64,000 nucleotides of DNA from positions 245,953 through 309,952 of the forward strand of contig NW_005201381.1 in NCBI RefSeq assembly GCF_000372725.1. The letters run 5' to 3'. The position numbers were made by a program, and so were the translations under genes. This document shows, piece by piece, positions 21,903-33,047 of the stretch. The notes beneath the pieces were generated by a model. It did no database searches and was not told the origin of the DNA. It worked only from the letters and a program-made list of their open reading frames with translations. Each line of letters opens with the position of its first letter. The stretch's first letter is position 1. The stretch comes from Emiliania huxleyi CCMP1516. Its lineage: Eukaryota.

Positions 21903-23208
21903 CGGCGCCATCCTCGCCTTGGCCGGTCCCGGCTCTGCGGCTGTTTCTGAGAGAGGTGTGATTGTCTTTCGTCCAAGCCACAGTCTCACTTTGTCTCAAG
22001 ATTGGCGCAAACCAACGCGCAACGGCACAGGCACCTCTTATCGTAAAAGAGAGACGTGTGTGTGTTTTGTGGTGTGATGCTCTGAAGGATTGAGACACAT
22101 TGAGAGAGACACCTCTGAGACACCCTCGGCGAAGGTCACCTTGCTCCGTGAGAGACTGTCACACTCCTCTCACATCACTCAAAACTCTCAAAAAGCATGT
22201 GCACAAAAGCGCCACTGCGCTGTTGCCGAGTCTGAGCGGATTCCGCGCGCCTTTTCCCCTGCACCTCCCCCCTCTCACTAACGGTCACTAGAGACACACT
22301 ACGCCACGGTAGTTACGGCTAACAGTTTACTGTGGGCTCTCCATCTGATGACTGGGCTGGGTCTTTAGGCATTGTGGGGTTGGCAGTCCCATCGACCCTC
22401 ATGAGACCTCCTGCGGTCTCTGAGGTGGACACCACAGTGGGTGTGGGAGAGTGGGACCACAGTCAGGATACACTCGAAGGCTGGGTAAGCAGTAGAGCTA
22501 GAGGTCGATACTCGACGCGTCCCACATGGTCTGTGTCGCTGTCGGGACGCTGTCGACAGGACGTCGAGCGACACCGGGGCAGTGCCACCCAGGAGTGGTC
22601 GGGCGGTCTTCCGTCATGAGAGAGCCACCATGTGATCCGTATGATGATTCCTGACAACCGCCTGCCCCTCAGTCAACTTTCGTCACAGTTCCCGCTCTGA
22701 GAGGAGCTGCGGGTCAGCTCGACAGCTGGAGCTGTATCGCCGGCGTGCGGCGGCCTGCCTCCGGAGGTGCCTCTGAGGCGGACATTTTTTGGTCACCGTG
22801 AGAGAACGCGTTCGAATTTTACACTCCGGAACTTCAACTCCACACGCGCACCGGTCAGGGCTACAATAGTGCCAGTGACGAGGCGGAGGCGCGAGTGAGT
22901 CGGAAGGCCGCGACCGTGATTTGTTCCCTTCATTTCCTACAATCGCTGTGAGCTCCCAGCCACGTACTTCCTCGCTTTCACCGCGTTTGGTGTACTTTGG
23001 CAAAGTCTTCTTTGGTCTTTGCTCTATTTGCACTTTTGCAAACTTGTGAAATTCCTTCAGTGAAACGGGGGCGGCCGAAAAACTGTAACAACGTAGGAAT
23101 TCCTAATACTGTTTCATGATCATGTGAAGTTCTCTCTCTCAGTTCTTTTTTTTTAGCAATACCAAACAACTCTAACACTCACACGTAATTTGGGGCCTGG
23201 AGCCCTGT

Positions 23209-23780
23209 TCACGCGCGCGCGAGACGTGCAGACAGGGTTGCCAGGTGAGAGCGAATGGCGCGGTTCACGCCTCGCACAACAGAGAGAGAGATGCGCTCTG
23301 CATGGTGGGACATAAAAGAGAGCGAGTACTTGGGCGAGTAGGCCGTGCGGTCAACGCTGCCGCGCGCGACTTTGCGCGCGAGGCGGCGCAGCTTGAGAAC
23401 GGCGGTGGGCGAGAAGCCGCCGCCGAACGTCTCGTGGAGCAGCAGGTTGAAGTTGTTGCGCTTGACAAAGATAAATGACGTGTGAGTGTTAGATTTGTTT
23501 GGTATTGCTAAAAATCTCTCTCTCACAAAGATCGCGTCGTGGTAGAAACCGCGATGCGCCTTGACGTAGCCGTGGCCGGTCTTGTGGGAGAAGGGTTGGC
23601 TGGGCTGCCCGCGCGCCTTGCAGCCCATGTTCAGGCGGCGGGCCTTCTCCTCGGTGTTGCCGAAGGCGTAGGAGTGGCCGACGGAGGCGGGCGTGCCGCC
23701 ACTCGAGGCGTTGCCAACGCCCGTCGAGGAGGTCTTGAGGAGGGGCGTCCAGAGCTTGATCTCATTTACTTCATCGCTCA
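23209..23780 (-). mobile_element. Degenerate C-terminal fragment of a non-LTR retrotransposon (restriction-like endonuclease type, CRE-like)
   Basis: LLHETFGGGFSP...RISLSVVRG resembles the ETFGG...RLSxxxQRG C-terminus of such elements. No RT domain is visible. Confidence 0.45.
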
Positions 23781-23989
23781 TGAATTCACATGTGAAAGTG
23801 AAAGTTTGAAATTTCACTCACGAACCGCCTGTCAGCAGCGAGGCTTGTGCACCATAGCACAATTGCCGAATTGGCCAGGCCATAGCCCACAGATTCCTAC
23901 CACAGCCCTCTCTAGACACTCTCGCAGACCGGCACGCGGCCAGAGCGGTTCGTGATCTGTCGCCCCGCTCCCGACTCCTGGGGCCGCGC

Positions 23990-25085
23990 TCACTCTTTGC
24001 TCAGCTGGTTGGCGCACCGGTCAAAGCTCGTCTCGAGCTCGCCGTACTTCGCGACCCACGGGTGTGCGGGTGCGGAGATCTTGAGCTGGGAGGTGTACCG
24101 CCCGATCACCTCCGCCGGCTTCTGCAGCTGGTTGAGGCAGACCACCAGGTTGATGAGCGAGGTCGTGTCGTTCGGCGACTGCGACAGCGCCTCCTGCAGC
24201 AGCCTCTCGGCCTCGTCAAAGCGGCCCATGTGCATGTTGCACGAGGCCATCGCGTTGAGCAGCATGAGCGACATGTGGTACTTCTCGCCCAGCTCCTGGA
24301 ACTCGTACAGCGCATCCTGCGCCGTCTCGCCTCCCGACTCGCACAGGCTCGTCCACGCGTGCGAGAGCCTATGGGGAGCTTCCTAGAATGTTCCCTAAAA
24401 GGTTCGAGGTCAAGGGGGTCGTACACGTGTGCGAGAGCTTTGTCAGCGTGTCGTCGTCGTACTGCTCCTGCATCGACTTGACCTGCGGGGCGGGGCGGGG
24501 CGGGGGGGGGGGTCGGTGGCCCGGCGGGGTCACTGGGCGGAGGGGTAAGGGCGGGTCAAGGACGGGGGAGGGGGTCGAACGGCATGTGGCCTCTTTGGCG
24601 CAGGGCGCGGAGGAGGGCGGCGAGGCGGGGCGGGCAGCGCGCGCCAGCTTGCGCGCGAGGTCGGGGCGGTCCATTTGTAGGTAGATCTGGACGACGAGGG
24701 CCATCACGTCGATCTGCGTGGACTGGTGTGAAATCTTGAGCGCCTCCTTGTGGTCCCTCTCGTGCAGGAACACCGTCGCCGCCACGAGGATCAACTGCCA
24801 GTTGTCCTGCGCGGTCGCGTCCGTCAGCCACTCCTTGAGCTGCGCTACCACCGCCTCCTTGGAGACGCCCGATAGGTACGACGCGAGCATCTTGACCGCC
24901 TGCAGCGCGACCGGCGCCTGCGCCCCCACCTCGTCCATCACCACCCGGTGCTGCCCCTGCTCGATGAGCGCGCGGTACATGAAAAAGTCGCGCTCGGTGC
25001 TCGCGCCGAGGCTCATCGCCTCGCTGACCGCCTGCTGGTAGTTGCCCAGGTAGAGCGCGTTCCGCAACCCGTACAGGTCGCCCAT
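23990..25085 (-). CDS. COPE: Coatomer subunit epsilon, spliced
   Basis: MGDLYGLRNALYLGNYQQAV, VQIYLQMDRPDLA, MQEQYDDDTLTKL, EAERLLQEAL, PAHPWV. Confidence 0.92.
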
Positions 25086-26644
25086 CGCGGCGGAACTCTT
25101 GCGCAAAAAAAATTTCTCCTCACCTGCCTATAAAAATCGTAGATTTGCTCCGGACGAGACTGCCCGTGCCGCGGAGCAGCCGATATGCACACGAAGGCCG
25201 AGAAAGGCTAGGAGTACTTAACGAGTTCCGCGACCTACGCAGTCAAACCTGGGGGGAAACTGACCGCATGATGGCGGACTTCCGAAACCTCGGTCCTCGC
25301 TGAGCTCCTCTGACCGTTCTCGCTCCCCATCGAGCTCTTCACATTTTTGTGCCCGCTCTTAAGGCACAACAACGGGCACCTCCCTATGTGTCAGAGCGCG
25401 CACGAGTGGGTGAGTGTGCGAGCAATATCGAAAGATGGTGGAGGCCAGGATCGCACCACGGAAGCTCAATTTCCTCGCAATATAGAGAGTTGTGTTTGTC
25501 CTCAGATTGGACCAACAAAACGACAGTACTACTCTTCAGTGCGCGGGCCCACAATGCGACAAAACCGAAACGGTTGGTCTTCAAAGAAGTCCGTTACGCA
25601 CAAGCATGCGCGACTTGCACTCTTTCGTGCCGCTCGCTCGCCGGTGCGCGGCGCATGGCCTCCCGCGCGGCTCGCGCTCACTCGGCCTGCCTCCGCCTCA
25701 CGGCTGGCTGAGCATGCCATGGGTCCGCCTGGTGCGGCGCTGCTCGCTCGCTGCGCTGCACAAAGCTGCGAGAAGCAGGGTGGCCTCCTGAGCTTGAGCA
25801 TGGCGCAGCGCGGCTGCTGGTGCTCGAGGGCGGCCGTGCAGTGGCGTGAGGGCCTGATTGGTGGTGACCTCGTGCTGCATCAGCGTGCGCAGCATGCTCC
25901 CTCACCCGGTGCTGAGACATGCTGGTGGGCGACTGGCGCCAGCTTCTCAGTGCTGTCCCTGGCGTTGTGCAGCATGTCGCAATACTCCTGCTGCGCTGAC
26001 CGGCGCGCGGGGCGCGTCGTGCCGCGAGAGGAGCGAGAGGCTCGAGGCGCGCGGCTGTCGGTCAACCCTGCGGCGCATGCGCGCCGCCAAGGCTGCTCGA
26101 CAGGCGACTGGCATTGTGGCGACGCGGTCGCCGTTACTCCAACTTTGCTTTGCCGATCAAAAGCGCCGGTCCTTTCCTTTTTAGCCGCCGAAATTTAGCT
26201 TGCTGTTTTTTTTTCTTTATAGGCGTCTGCAACTTCCAAGCTGCGTATTCTTGTATTATCGTCGAGTAGTACAGGTACTTCGTGGGGGCAGGGTGTATTC
26301 TCGTAACATGTGCGTATTCTCGTATCACTGGCTCCGAGTAGAAAAAAGAAAGAAAATAGCTCCGAGTAGAGGGGGCGTTCTGCTGCTAGGGGAAACCTGG
26401 AGCGCGGAGCTAACCCTCGGAGACCCGTGTTTACTTTAAGGCCCTTGCCCTGCGAATGCGCACCCCCCCTAGCTAGGGGTCAGGGCTCTCTAGCCCGTAG
26501 CCCGATCCCGATCATCCGGCCCGCTGGGTGCGCTTCTGAGCTCCCCGGCCCTGGATGTGAGGCTGCCGACTGCACTCCAAGTGCTCCAAGTGCTCCAAAG
26601 AGCACAAAACCGAAGAGAATCTCTCTCAAAACCGAAACATTGGC

Positions 26645-27069
26645 CTGTATATACTTTTCCGGCAAACAAAAAGGAAAACAGAGGGCCCCCAGCACTTTGC
26701 GTTTCCGGGAATTTCCAGGGAAAACAGAGGGTGTTTGGTGCTCCATTCTGGAAACTCGCGAGTTTCCCTGAGTCTGAGAGCTGGTCTGGGGCAAAATCTG
26801 AGGCAAAATCGAGGAAACCGGCAACATCCCGGGCTTTTTCCAGGTATACCCGGGTTTTTCCGCAGGTATACCCGCAAAATACCCGGCATTTTGCCGATTT
26901 GGCTGATTTTGGGCCCAAACGAAACGGCAAACCAGCCTCAGACTCGGCTCAGAGCCCGGAAAATTTGATGGTTTCCCCGGGAAAATAGAGAGGGAAAGAG
27001 AGGGTGCTGTAGAGAAAAAACGAAAGGAAAAGAGACGGGGTGCGAGACCGAGAGGAAAAGTATATACAG
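26645..27069 (+). mobile_element. Family A non-autonomous element with 16-bp inverted repeats
   Basis: ctgtatatacttttcc (26645-26660) and ggaaaagtatatacag (27054-27069); the interior is homologous to the other copies. Confidence 0.85.
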
Positions 27070-27330
27070 CCTAACCGCCGAAACACGACGAAAACGGGCG
27101 CGGGGCGCCCCGGGCGGGAGCGGCTGCTACATATAATATAGTCGCCGACCACACCCACACAGAAGCCTGCACAAAGACCGCAGGGCGGGGACTTGCTCCT
27201 TTTTACCCATCTCCCAGTAGAGCGAGGTGTGGTCCGTGTTATTTATTTATTTAGGCTATACCTGAAGTATAGTAGTGTGTAGGGATGTGCGATGGCATAT
27301 CGTACCCTTCGCACAGATCACAGCCGTGCG

Positions 27331-27927
27331 CTATCGCTTCCCGTACAGCTTGATGTCCATCACGAGGTCGGGCTGGTATGGCCGGTTCGCGTTGCAGTAG
27401 ATGTTTTTGAAGCGCTGGAACGCGCCCTCACCCATGTCGCCCGGCCGCACCTCCCGCGGAGGGATGGGCCCAAAGCCGCCGCCGCACTCTTGGTACTGCA
27501 GCCCCGGCAGCGGGCGAGCGAGTCCCTCGTACGCGAGAGAGGAGGGGATGATGGCGCGCCGGACGCCGCCTGGCAACATCGGCGGCACGCCGCCGCCGCC
27601 CGCGACCGCCTGCTCGAGGCCCGGGATGGTCGAGCCGTCGCCAAGCGCCCACGCATACGGCTGCTGCCTCTCGGCTGTCGAATCGATCTTGGCGCCGTAC
27701 CTCGCACCCGTCGTAGACATGACGTAATCGATCACGACGCGGCACGGCGCCTGCGGCGCCGTGCCGCTGCCGACCTTTGCGTCCGCCCACTGCAGACCAT
27801 TCGACGACGTGGAGAACTCGAGCGCCGGCGTTGCCGCCACCGCCGCTGGAGTTGGCCGCATCGCAGGGCGGGCCGCGAGAGATGCCGCGAGCAGAAGCCG
27901 GCGGCCGAAGACCGACGCGGCGTGCAT
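27331..27927 (-). CDS. FKBP-type peptidyl-prolyl isomerase, probably plastid/thylakoid type
   Basis: SNGLQWADAKVGSG, VVIDY, IPGLEQAV, MLPGGVRRAIIPSSLAY, DLVMDIKL. N-terminal RR plus hydrophobic stretch. Confidence 0.88.
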   Translation of the reverse strand: MHAASVFGRRLLLAASLAARPAMRPTPAAVAATPALEFSTSSNGLQWADAKVGSGTAPQAPCRVVIDYVMSTTGARYGAKIDSTAERQQPYAWALGDGSTIPGLEQAVAGGGGVPPMLPGGVRRAIIPSSLAYEGLARPLPGLQYQECGGGFGPIPPREVRPGDMGEGAFQRFKNIYCNANRPYQPDLVMDIKLYGKR

Positions 27928-29619
27928 GTGAGATCAGTGAAGCCAGTCCAGTCGCACCTCCGGAAGTCCTCTAACATCACAACATGGAATTCCTACAGAC
28001 ACTAATGCTTTGGTCTTCACAACGCGCCTTGGTCCTCGGCTCCTCGCTCTGGTAAGGCTCACCAGAGCGACAGGGAATTCGACAGGAGGGCTAAAATCCG
28101 GAATATAGAGTAATAAGAGTCGACAAGAGGGTGCTCTCTCTATCTAGGCCGCGAAGACACCACACACGGTCTCCCTACTCATGCGCGGCTACTCGCTTAG
28201 TTGGTGTGGGTAAACGAAAGTACCGACCGTACTATCAGAGAAAAAGCCGGAAAAGACGCCGGCGGCAGTCCACGACGAGCCAGCCAGCTGCCGGCTCGCA
28301 CGGCAGCCTCTTCCTCTCGACCAGCCTCGGTCCGAAAAGCGGAAAAGCGGATCGCGCAGTCCGTTGTGGCTCGAAACGCGATGCCTCCGCTGGGAGACAC
28401 GGATGGCGCCGGCAGGAGACCTACCTATCCCCAGGGCCGCAGGGAACAGGGGAAAATGTATTTCAGACTCTTTATGCCTGTAGTGCCAGTGGCAGTGCGC
28501 GCCAGTTACAACCCAAGGGAGGGAGGGCAGGGAGCTTTGTGGTGCAGTGGGTTGCGGGCATTAAGAAAACAGGAGTCGGCGGCGCTTCGCGAACTGGCAC
28601 AGAAGGTTCGAGACGGCACGGATCTTGTGCTCCTATGCGCGGGAAGGGTTGAGTCCTGTCACGGCGATCTGCTGAAGAAGGGGATCCTGGCCGAAGCGGC
28701 GCAGCTCGAGGCCACCTCCAGCAAGAGGAAGCCGCGCTCTGATAAGGGCAAGCCGAGGGGTCCTCGGGGGCCCAGGGCTAACTCGGTGGAAACGGCGGCC
28801 CGCATGGGGTGCTGGCGACCTTCTACCTCCGGCACGCCTATGGACGGGACAGCCCGGGGCTGCATGAAGAGGACGGGGTGCTCTCCGCGAATGGGGGGGT
28901 GCTGTGTGCGGGGTGCGGAGAGGAGGCGCCCGGGCTCGGGGCGCGGGACGGGGAGGGGGATGGCGGAGAGGGGGGGGGGCGTGGGCGAGGAGGGGGAGGG
29001 GGGCGGTGGGGAGCGGGGGAGGAAGAGGGGGTGGGATCCGACAGAGGAGGAGGCGGTGGGGGTGGAGGGTGGGGAGGAGGGGGGCGTGGTTGGGGAGATG
29101 GGGGATCGGGGGGGGGCGGCCGGCGGTGCCTCCGCGGGGGGAAGAAGCGGGGTGTGCACAGCAAAGGGGGGCGGCGATTCAAAACGCTGAAGGGAAGGGA
29201 GGGCTGAGTGAGTCTGGCAACGCACACGTGTCGTAACGTCCACAAGTTGCTATGAAAATTCTACCGCCCGGCCAAGACCGCCCGCCCCCCTCCCCCCCCC
29301 CCTTTCCTCTCTGCCTCCTCCTCCACACAACGGAAGCACACACAGCACCACACGACCCCCGATGCTCTGATACAGGTGAAAGGCGGCGCTGTCTCTCAAG
29401 ATGGAAGCAGGAAGCTTCCATCCCGGCGGTGGTTCGAATCCACATGAGCCGAAGGTGAGGGGGAAGGTTTGCCTGAGATCTGAAGCTCACCCATTGAGGA
29501 AGTGAGGAGTTGCTCGGCTCACCCCGATCATGCCGAACAAGCTCCTCTTGTAGCTCGATCGGTCACACCGCCATCGCCGTCGGGGAGAGGGGGGACGACA
29601 CTGCTTCGGCAAGCGTGCA

Positions 29620-29728
29620 CCTCGATCCTGTACCGTGTTTGTTATGACGCCCCCCCAATGAACACATCAGTGAGGGAGGGCGAGACGATCGAGGGGTCCC
29701 GTACCATGCGGAATCGACCCTATCCAGT
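29620..29728 (+). repeat. Dispersed repeat family C (about 110 bp)
   Basis: cagtgagggagggcgagacgatcgaggggtcccgtaccatgcggaatcgaccct also occurs inverted at about 42150-42258 and 51152-51265, and partially at 43237-43273. Confidence 0.85.
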
Positions 29729-29740
29729 GCTCAAGTGCTC

Positions 29741-30207
29741 AAACAGGATTCCGCGGCACGCCGCCGTTTCTAGGCCTTTCCACAGCCCTCATCCACCCGA
29801 CGCCGTGGTTTCTTAGCTCCGGCCGGCACTCAAGCCAGAGCCGGCCCGATCGAAGGATTTTAGGCTCAAGGTACGAGATGCGGTCCGCGAGGCCGAGGCG
29901 CGAGGGCGGTGCCAGAGTCTGCCGCCGAGTTTGCTCTCTGGATGACGGGAAGACGCACACACACGCCTCCATCCACTCCACTCAGTTCAGTCTTCAGACT
30001 CAGAACACCGCAAGACTACTTGCAACTTGGAAAGAAAGTGACAAGTGCGCGCGCCGCAGGCGAAGAGAAAGTTTGAGCTGGGGCTCCCGTTCACACTCGT
30101 GTCTGGACTTTTCTCGGGGCCGCGCCTGCGCCGCGCCGTGGTTTCTTACTTAGATTTTTGCGGAAATCGATAGGTGTGGTTTCTTTCCACGTTTTTTCTG
30201 AATGCGT
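29741..30207 (+). mobile_element. Degenerate copy of the TA-TSD MITE at 61654-62124 with eroded termini
   Basis: Colinear similarity including cctttccacagccctcatcc, ggcactcaagccagagccggcccga, gacaagtgcgcgcgccgcaggcgaagagaaa, gatttttgcggaaatcg. Confidence 0.85.
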
Positions 30208-30337
30208 GCGAGGGAAAAATTCTGAATCAAAGCAAATAAAATTCTTTAAATGAGTGCGCGCTGCCCGTGCCGTGTCGTGCGAGGTAGTCTTTAAATTCTT
30301 TCAAGCAGAGTTGGCCCATTTAGTTCGAGTTGCCGGG

Positions 30338-30733
30338 ATGGCGGCAAGTGCGAGCGACCAGTCTGCCGCCGCGGTTTGCGATGCGGACGGCGTCTGCTGC
30401 ATCGTGCCGCAGGCAACAGATTTGGAGCAGCCGTCGAAGCCAGCGGGAGCTGTCTTGCCGTTGCTTTTCGGCGACGATTATTCGACGACGATCCTCAAGG
30501 ACGACGCTGGGGTCCAGCAAAGCGCCGGAGCGCTCGGTGGCAAGATCGTTGGCCTGTACTTCTCCGCAAGCTGGTGCCCCCCATGCCGCAAGTTCTCGCC
30601 GGAGCTTTCCAAGCTTCGCGCGGCGCACAGCGCCGATTTTGCCGTGGTCTTTGTCAGCTGCGACCGAAGCGAGGCCGAGATGAAGAGCTTTATCGGTCTC
30701 GCCGTGTGTTTGTCAAGCTTCCGCATGAAGTAA
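30338..30733 (+). CDS. Nucleoredoxin/tryparedoxin-like thioredoxin (3' exon uncertain)
   Basis: GKIVGLYFSASWCPPCRKFSPEL...VVFVSCDRSE. Confidence 0.8.
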   Translation: MAASASDQSAAAVCDADGVCCIVPQATDLEQPSKPAGAVLPLLFGDDYSTTILKDDAGVQQSAGALGGKIVGLYFSASWCPPCRKFSPELSKLRAAHSADFAVVFVSCDRSEAEMKSFIGLAVCLSSFRMK

Positions 30734-31307
30734 CGCGCCTCTTCCTTATTTCCAGCGCAGCTGCCACTCAGCACGTGCGCCAACGACGCCTGTGGCGGCT
30801 CTTGCATATCCCGGGAGCGGCTGTGACGAGAAATCCGAAAGGCTGCGTGAAGTCTTGGAAGGCAGGCGGGAATGGCTGCTCCTGGGTGCAGCTTTTGACG
30901 GGTGGTGGCTGCTCCGTGCAGTAGGCGGAGACAGCACCAAAAACTGGGATCATCGGAGGATTTCACTGAGCATCGGATTTCACTGAGCCGCCGTAGCTAA
31001 ACCCGATCCCTCGCCGTGCACACGCCACAAGGACCTCTTGCGCGAGCGGGGCGCAGAGGTGGCCACACCTGGGACCTGGGGGTGCGGCTTGGAAGTGTGG
31101 CGTGTGTGGATTTACAGTATTCGATTACCGATGTAGCGAACCGCGCAGAGTTTCTATCGTTAGTCTATCCGCCACTCCGCCTGTCGCTGTCCGCCACTGA
31201 CAGTGGCGCACTGTGGGGTTCGCGTGTCGGTGTCTGCGAACACTTCACACCCTCCACCCCCCTGAGGACCGTCCCCCTCCCACGCATGCGGCTCGCGGCG
31301 CCGTATA

Positions 31308-33047
31308 TCACGCCGGCACCCTCCCGAGCACGACGTCGTCCTCTGCAAAGTCGAGCTCCTTGTCGAGCCCGCCCTTGGCCACGTACTGCTCGCTGTAATA
31401 CCTACGCGCGGCGCATCTCGGACAAGTCCTGCGCGTGACCTTTGGGGTGCCCCTGGCCGTGTTCCGGCCGAGCACCACGAGATGTCGTCGGCGATGCTAT
31501 GCGCGGGCGAGAAGCCGAGCAGCCGGCTCGCCTTGTAAGGTCAGGTACGGTCAGGTAAGCTTCTCCACACACACAAGGTGGTGGGGCAAGGGCCAGGCAG
31601 CCCTCGCGACTCCACGTCTAGACGACAGGAACCCCGCGGCATTAAAAGTGCAAGGCCCAGTGCGCGTTGGTGAGCCTTGTCCGCCGAGACGTAGAAGGGT
31701 GTGTCGCGGAACGGAAACTTGTACTTGAACCCGTCGGGCTTGTCGAAGCCCGCGGGGTCGTAGTGTGCGATCTCACATTCCTTGCCCGCCGCGCCCGCGC
31801 AGAGCCGGACGAGGTCGTCGTACCTACTCACTCGCGGCTCGGCCTGTGAAGAGACGCCGTCCTCGCTGTGAAGAGCCGGACGAGCGAGTCGCACGTCACG
31901 AGGGAGGGCGTCGCGCAGTTGAACGCCTCGCCGACGGCCGCCTTGGCGTGGAGCAGCAGCGGAGACGGTCGTGACAACCTCGGGACAACCTCGGGACAGC
32001 CTCGGGCAGCCTCGGGCAGCCTCGGGCAGCCTCGGGCAGCCTCGGCCAACCTCGGCCCATTTCGGCCAATCTCGGCCAATCCCAATCTCGGCCAATCTCG
32101 GCCAATCTCGCCGACGGCCACCACCTCGTTCCCGACGGCGGCAGCGACCATGGCGGCGTTGTCGGCGGCGTGCGTCATGGTCACAAGCTGGTCGCCGCCA
32201 TTCGGCACCGGCACCTGCACGGACGTATCTCGAGTCGAAGCACGGCCTCGGCCAGACCTCCGGCTAGATCTCGAGCACCGGCCGTCCGCGGGTGATCCGG
32301 TCAAAGAAGAAGGCCAGGTAGCTCTTGCCCTGCGCGGGGCCGTAGATATACTGCGGCCTGTTCACACGCTGAGCTGTGAAGAGACGCTGTTCACAGCTTG
32401 CCGCGCGCCTCCCTGAGGTTGCGGCCGGAAGTAGGAGAAGGGGAGGCCCATCTCTGCGATCTTCTCCTCGGCCTGCCGCTGGCCCGAGCTCTTGACCGCG
32501 CACTCCTCGCCCACCGCCCCATAGTCGCCTATTCACGCCGTGAGCCGTGAAGCCGCACACGCCGTGGCCCACACCTCCGGCTTGCGCGTGGAGATGTGCC
32601 CTTGTCGGGCGTGTACATGCCCGCAGACGACACGTAGGCGTAGTTGCTCACACCCCAGGCCTTGGCCGCTGTTGCGTACGGGGCGATCGCCTCGGGCGAC
32701 TTGGACCAATTGTCGACCACCGCGCTGAACGACGCGCCTTCCAGCTTGGCGAGGCACGCTGCCGCCTCAGAGAGATCGCCGCCCCATATCACCTTGACGT
32801 CCGACGGCAGCTCTCCGTAGGCACGGTGCGCCTCCTTTGGGTTCGGGCCGTCGCCCTCGTGGAGAATTGTGACGGCATCGCCGCGAGAGACGAGGTGCTG
32901 AGCGAGGTGGAACCCGATCTCGCCGTGGCCGCCGCCCTTGTTTTGGATGACCAGCACGTCCGCCATGGTGACGGGAGCGACGCGCAGAGCGCCACGCGGC
33001 GTCGCCACAACGTGGAAGGAGTTCGCGAAGCCAGGGAAGAGAAGCAT
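31308..33047 (-). CDS. Plastid stem-loop RNA-binding NAD-epimerase-like protein (CSP41a-like), spliced
   Basis: Targeting-like N-terminus, then VLVIQNKGGGHGEIGFHLA, YVSSAGMY, RPQYIYGP, FFFDRITRGRP, FPFRDTPFY and terminal KELDFAEDD. Confidence 0.85.

Noticed and set aside
30338..30986. Possible selenoprotein
   Set aside because: The active site is CPPC with no in-frame TGA, and I could not identify a SECIS element.
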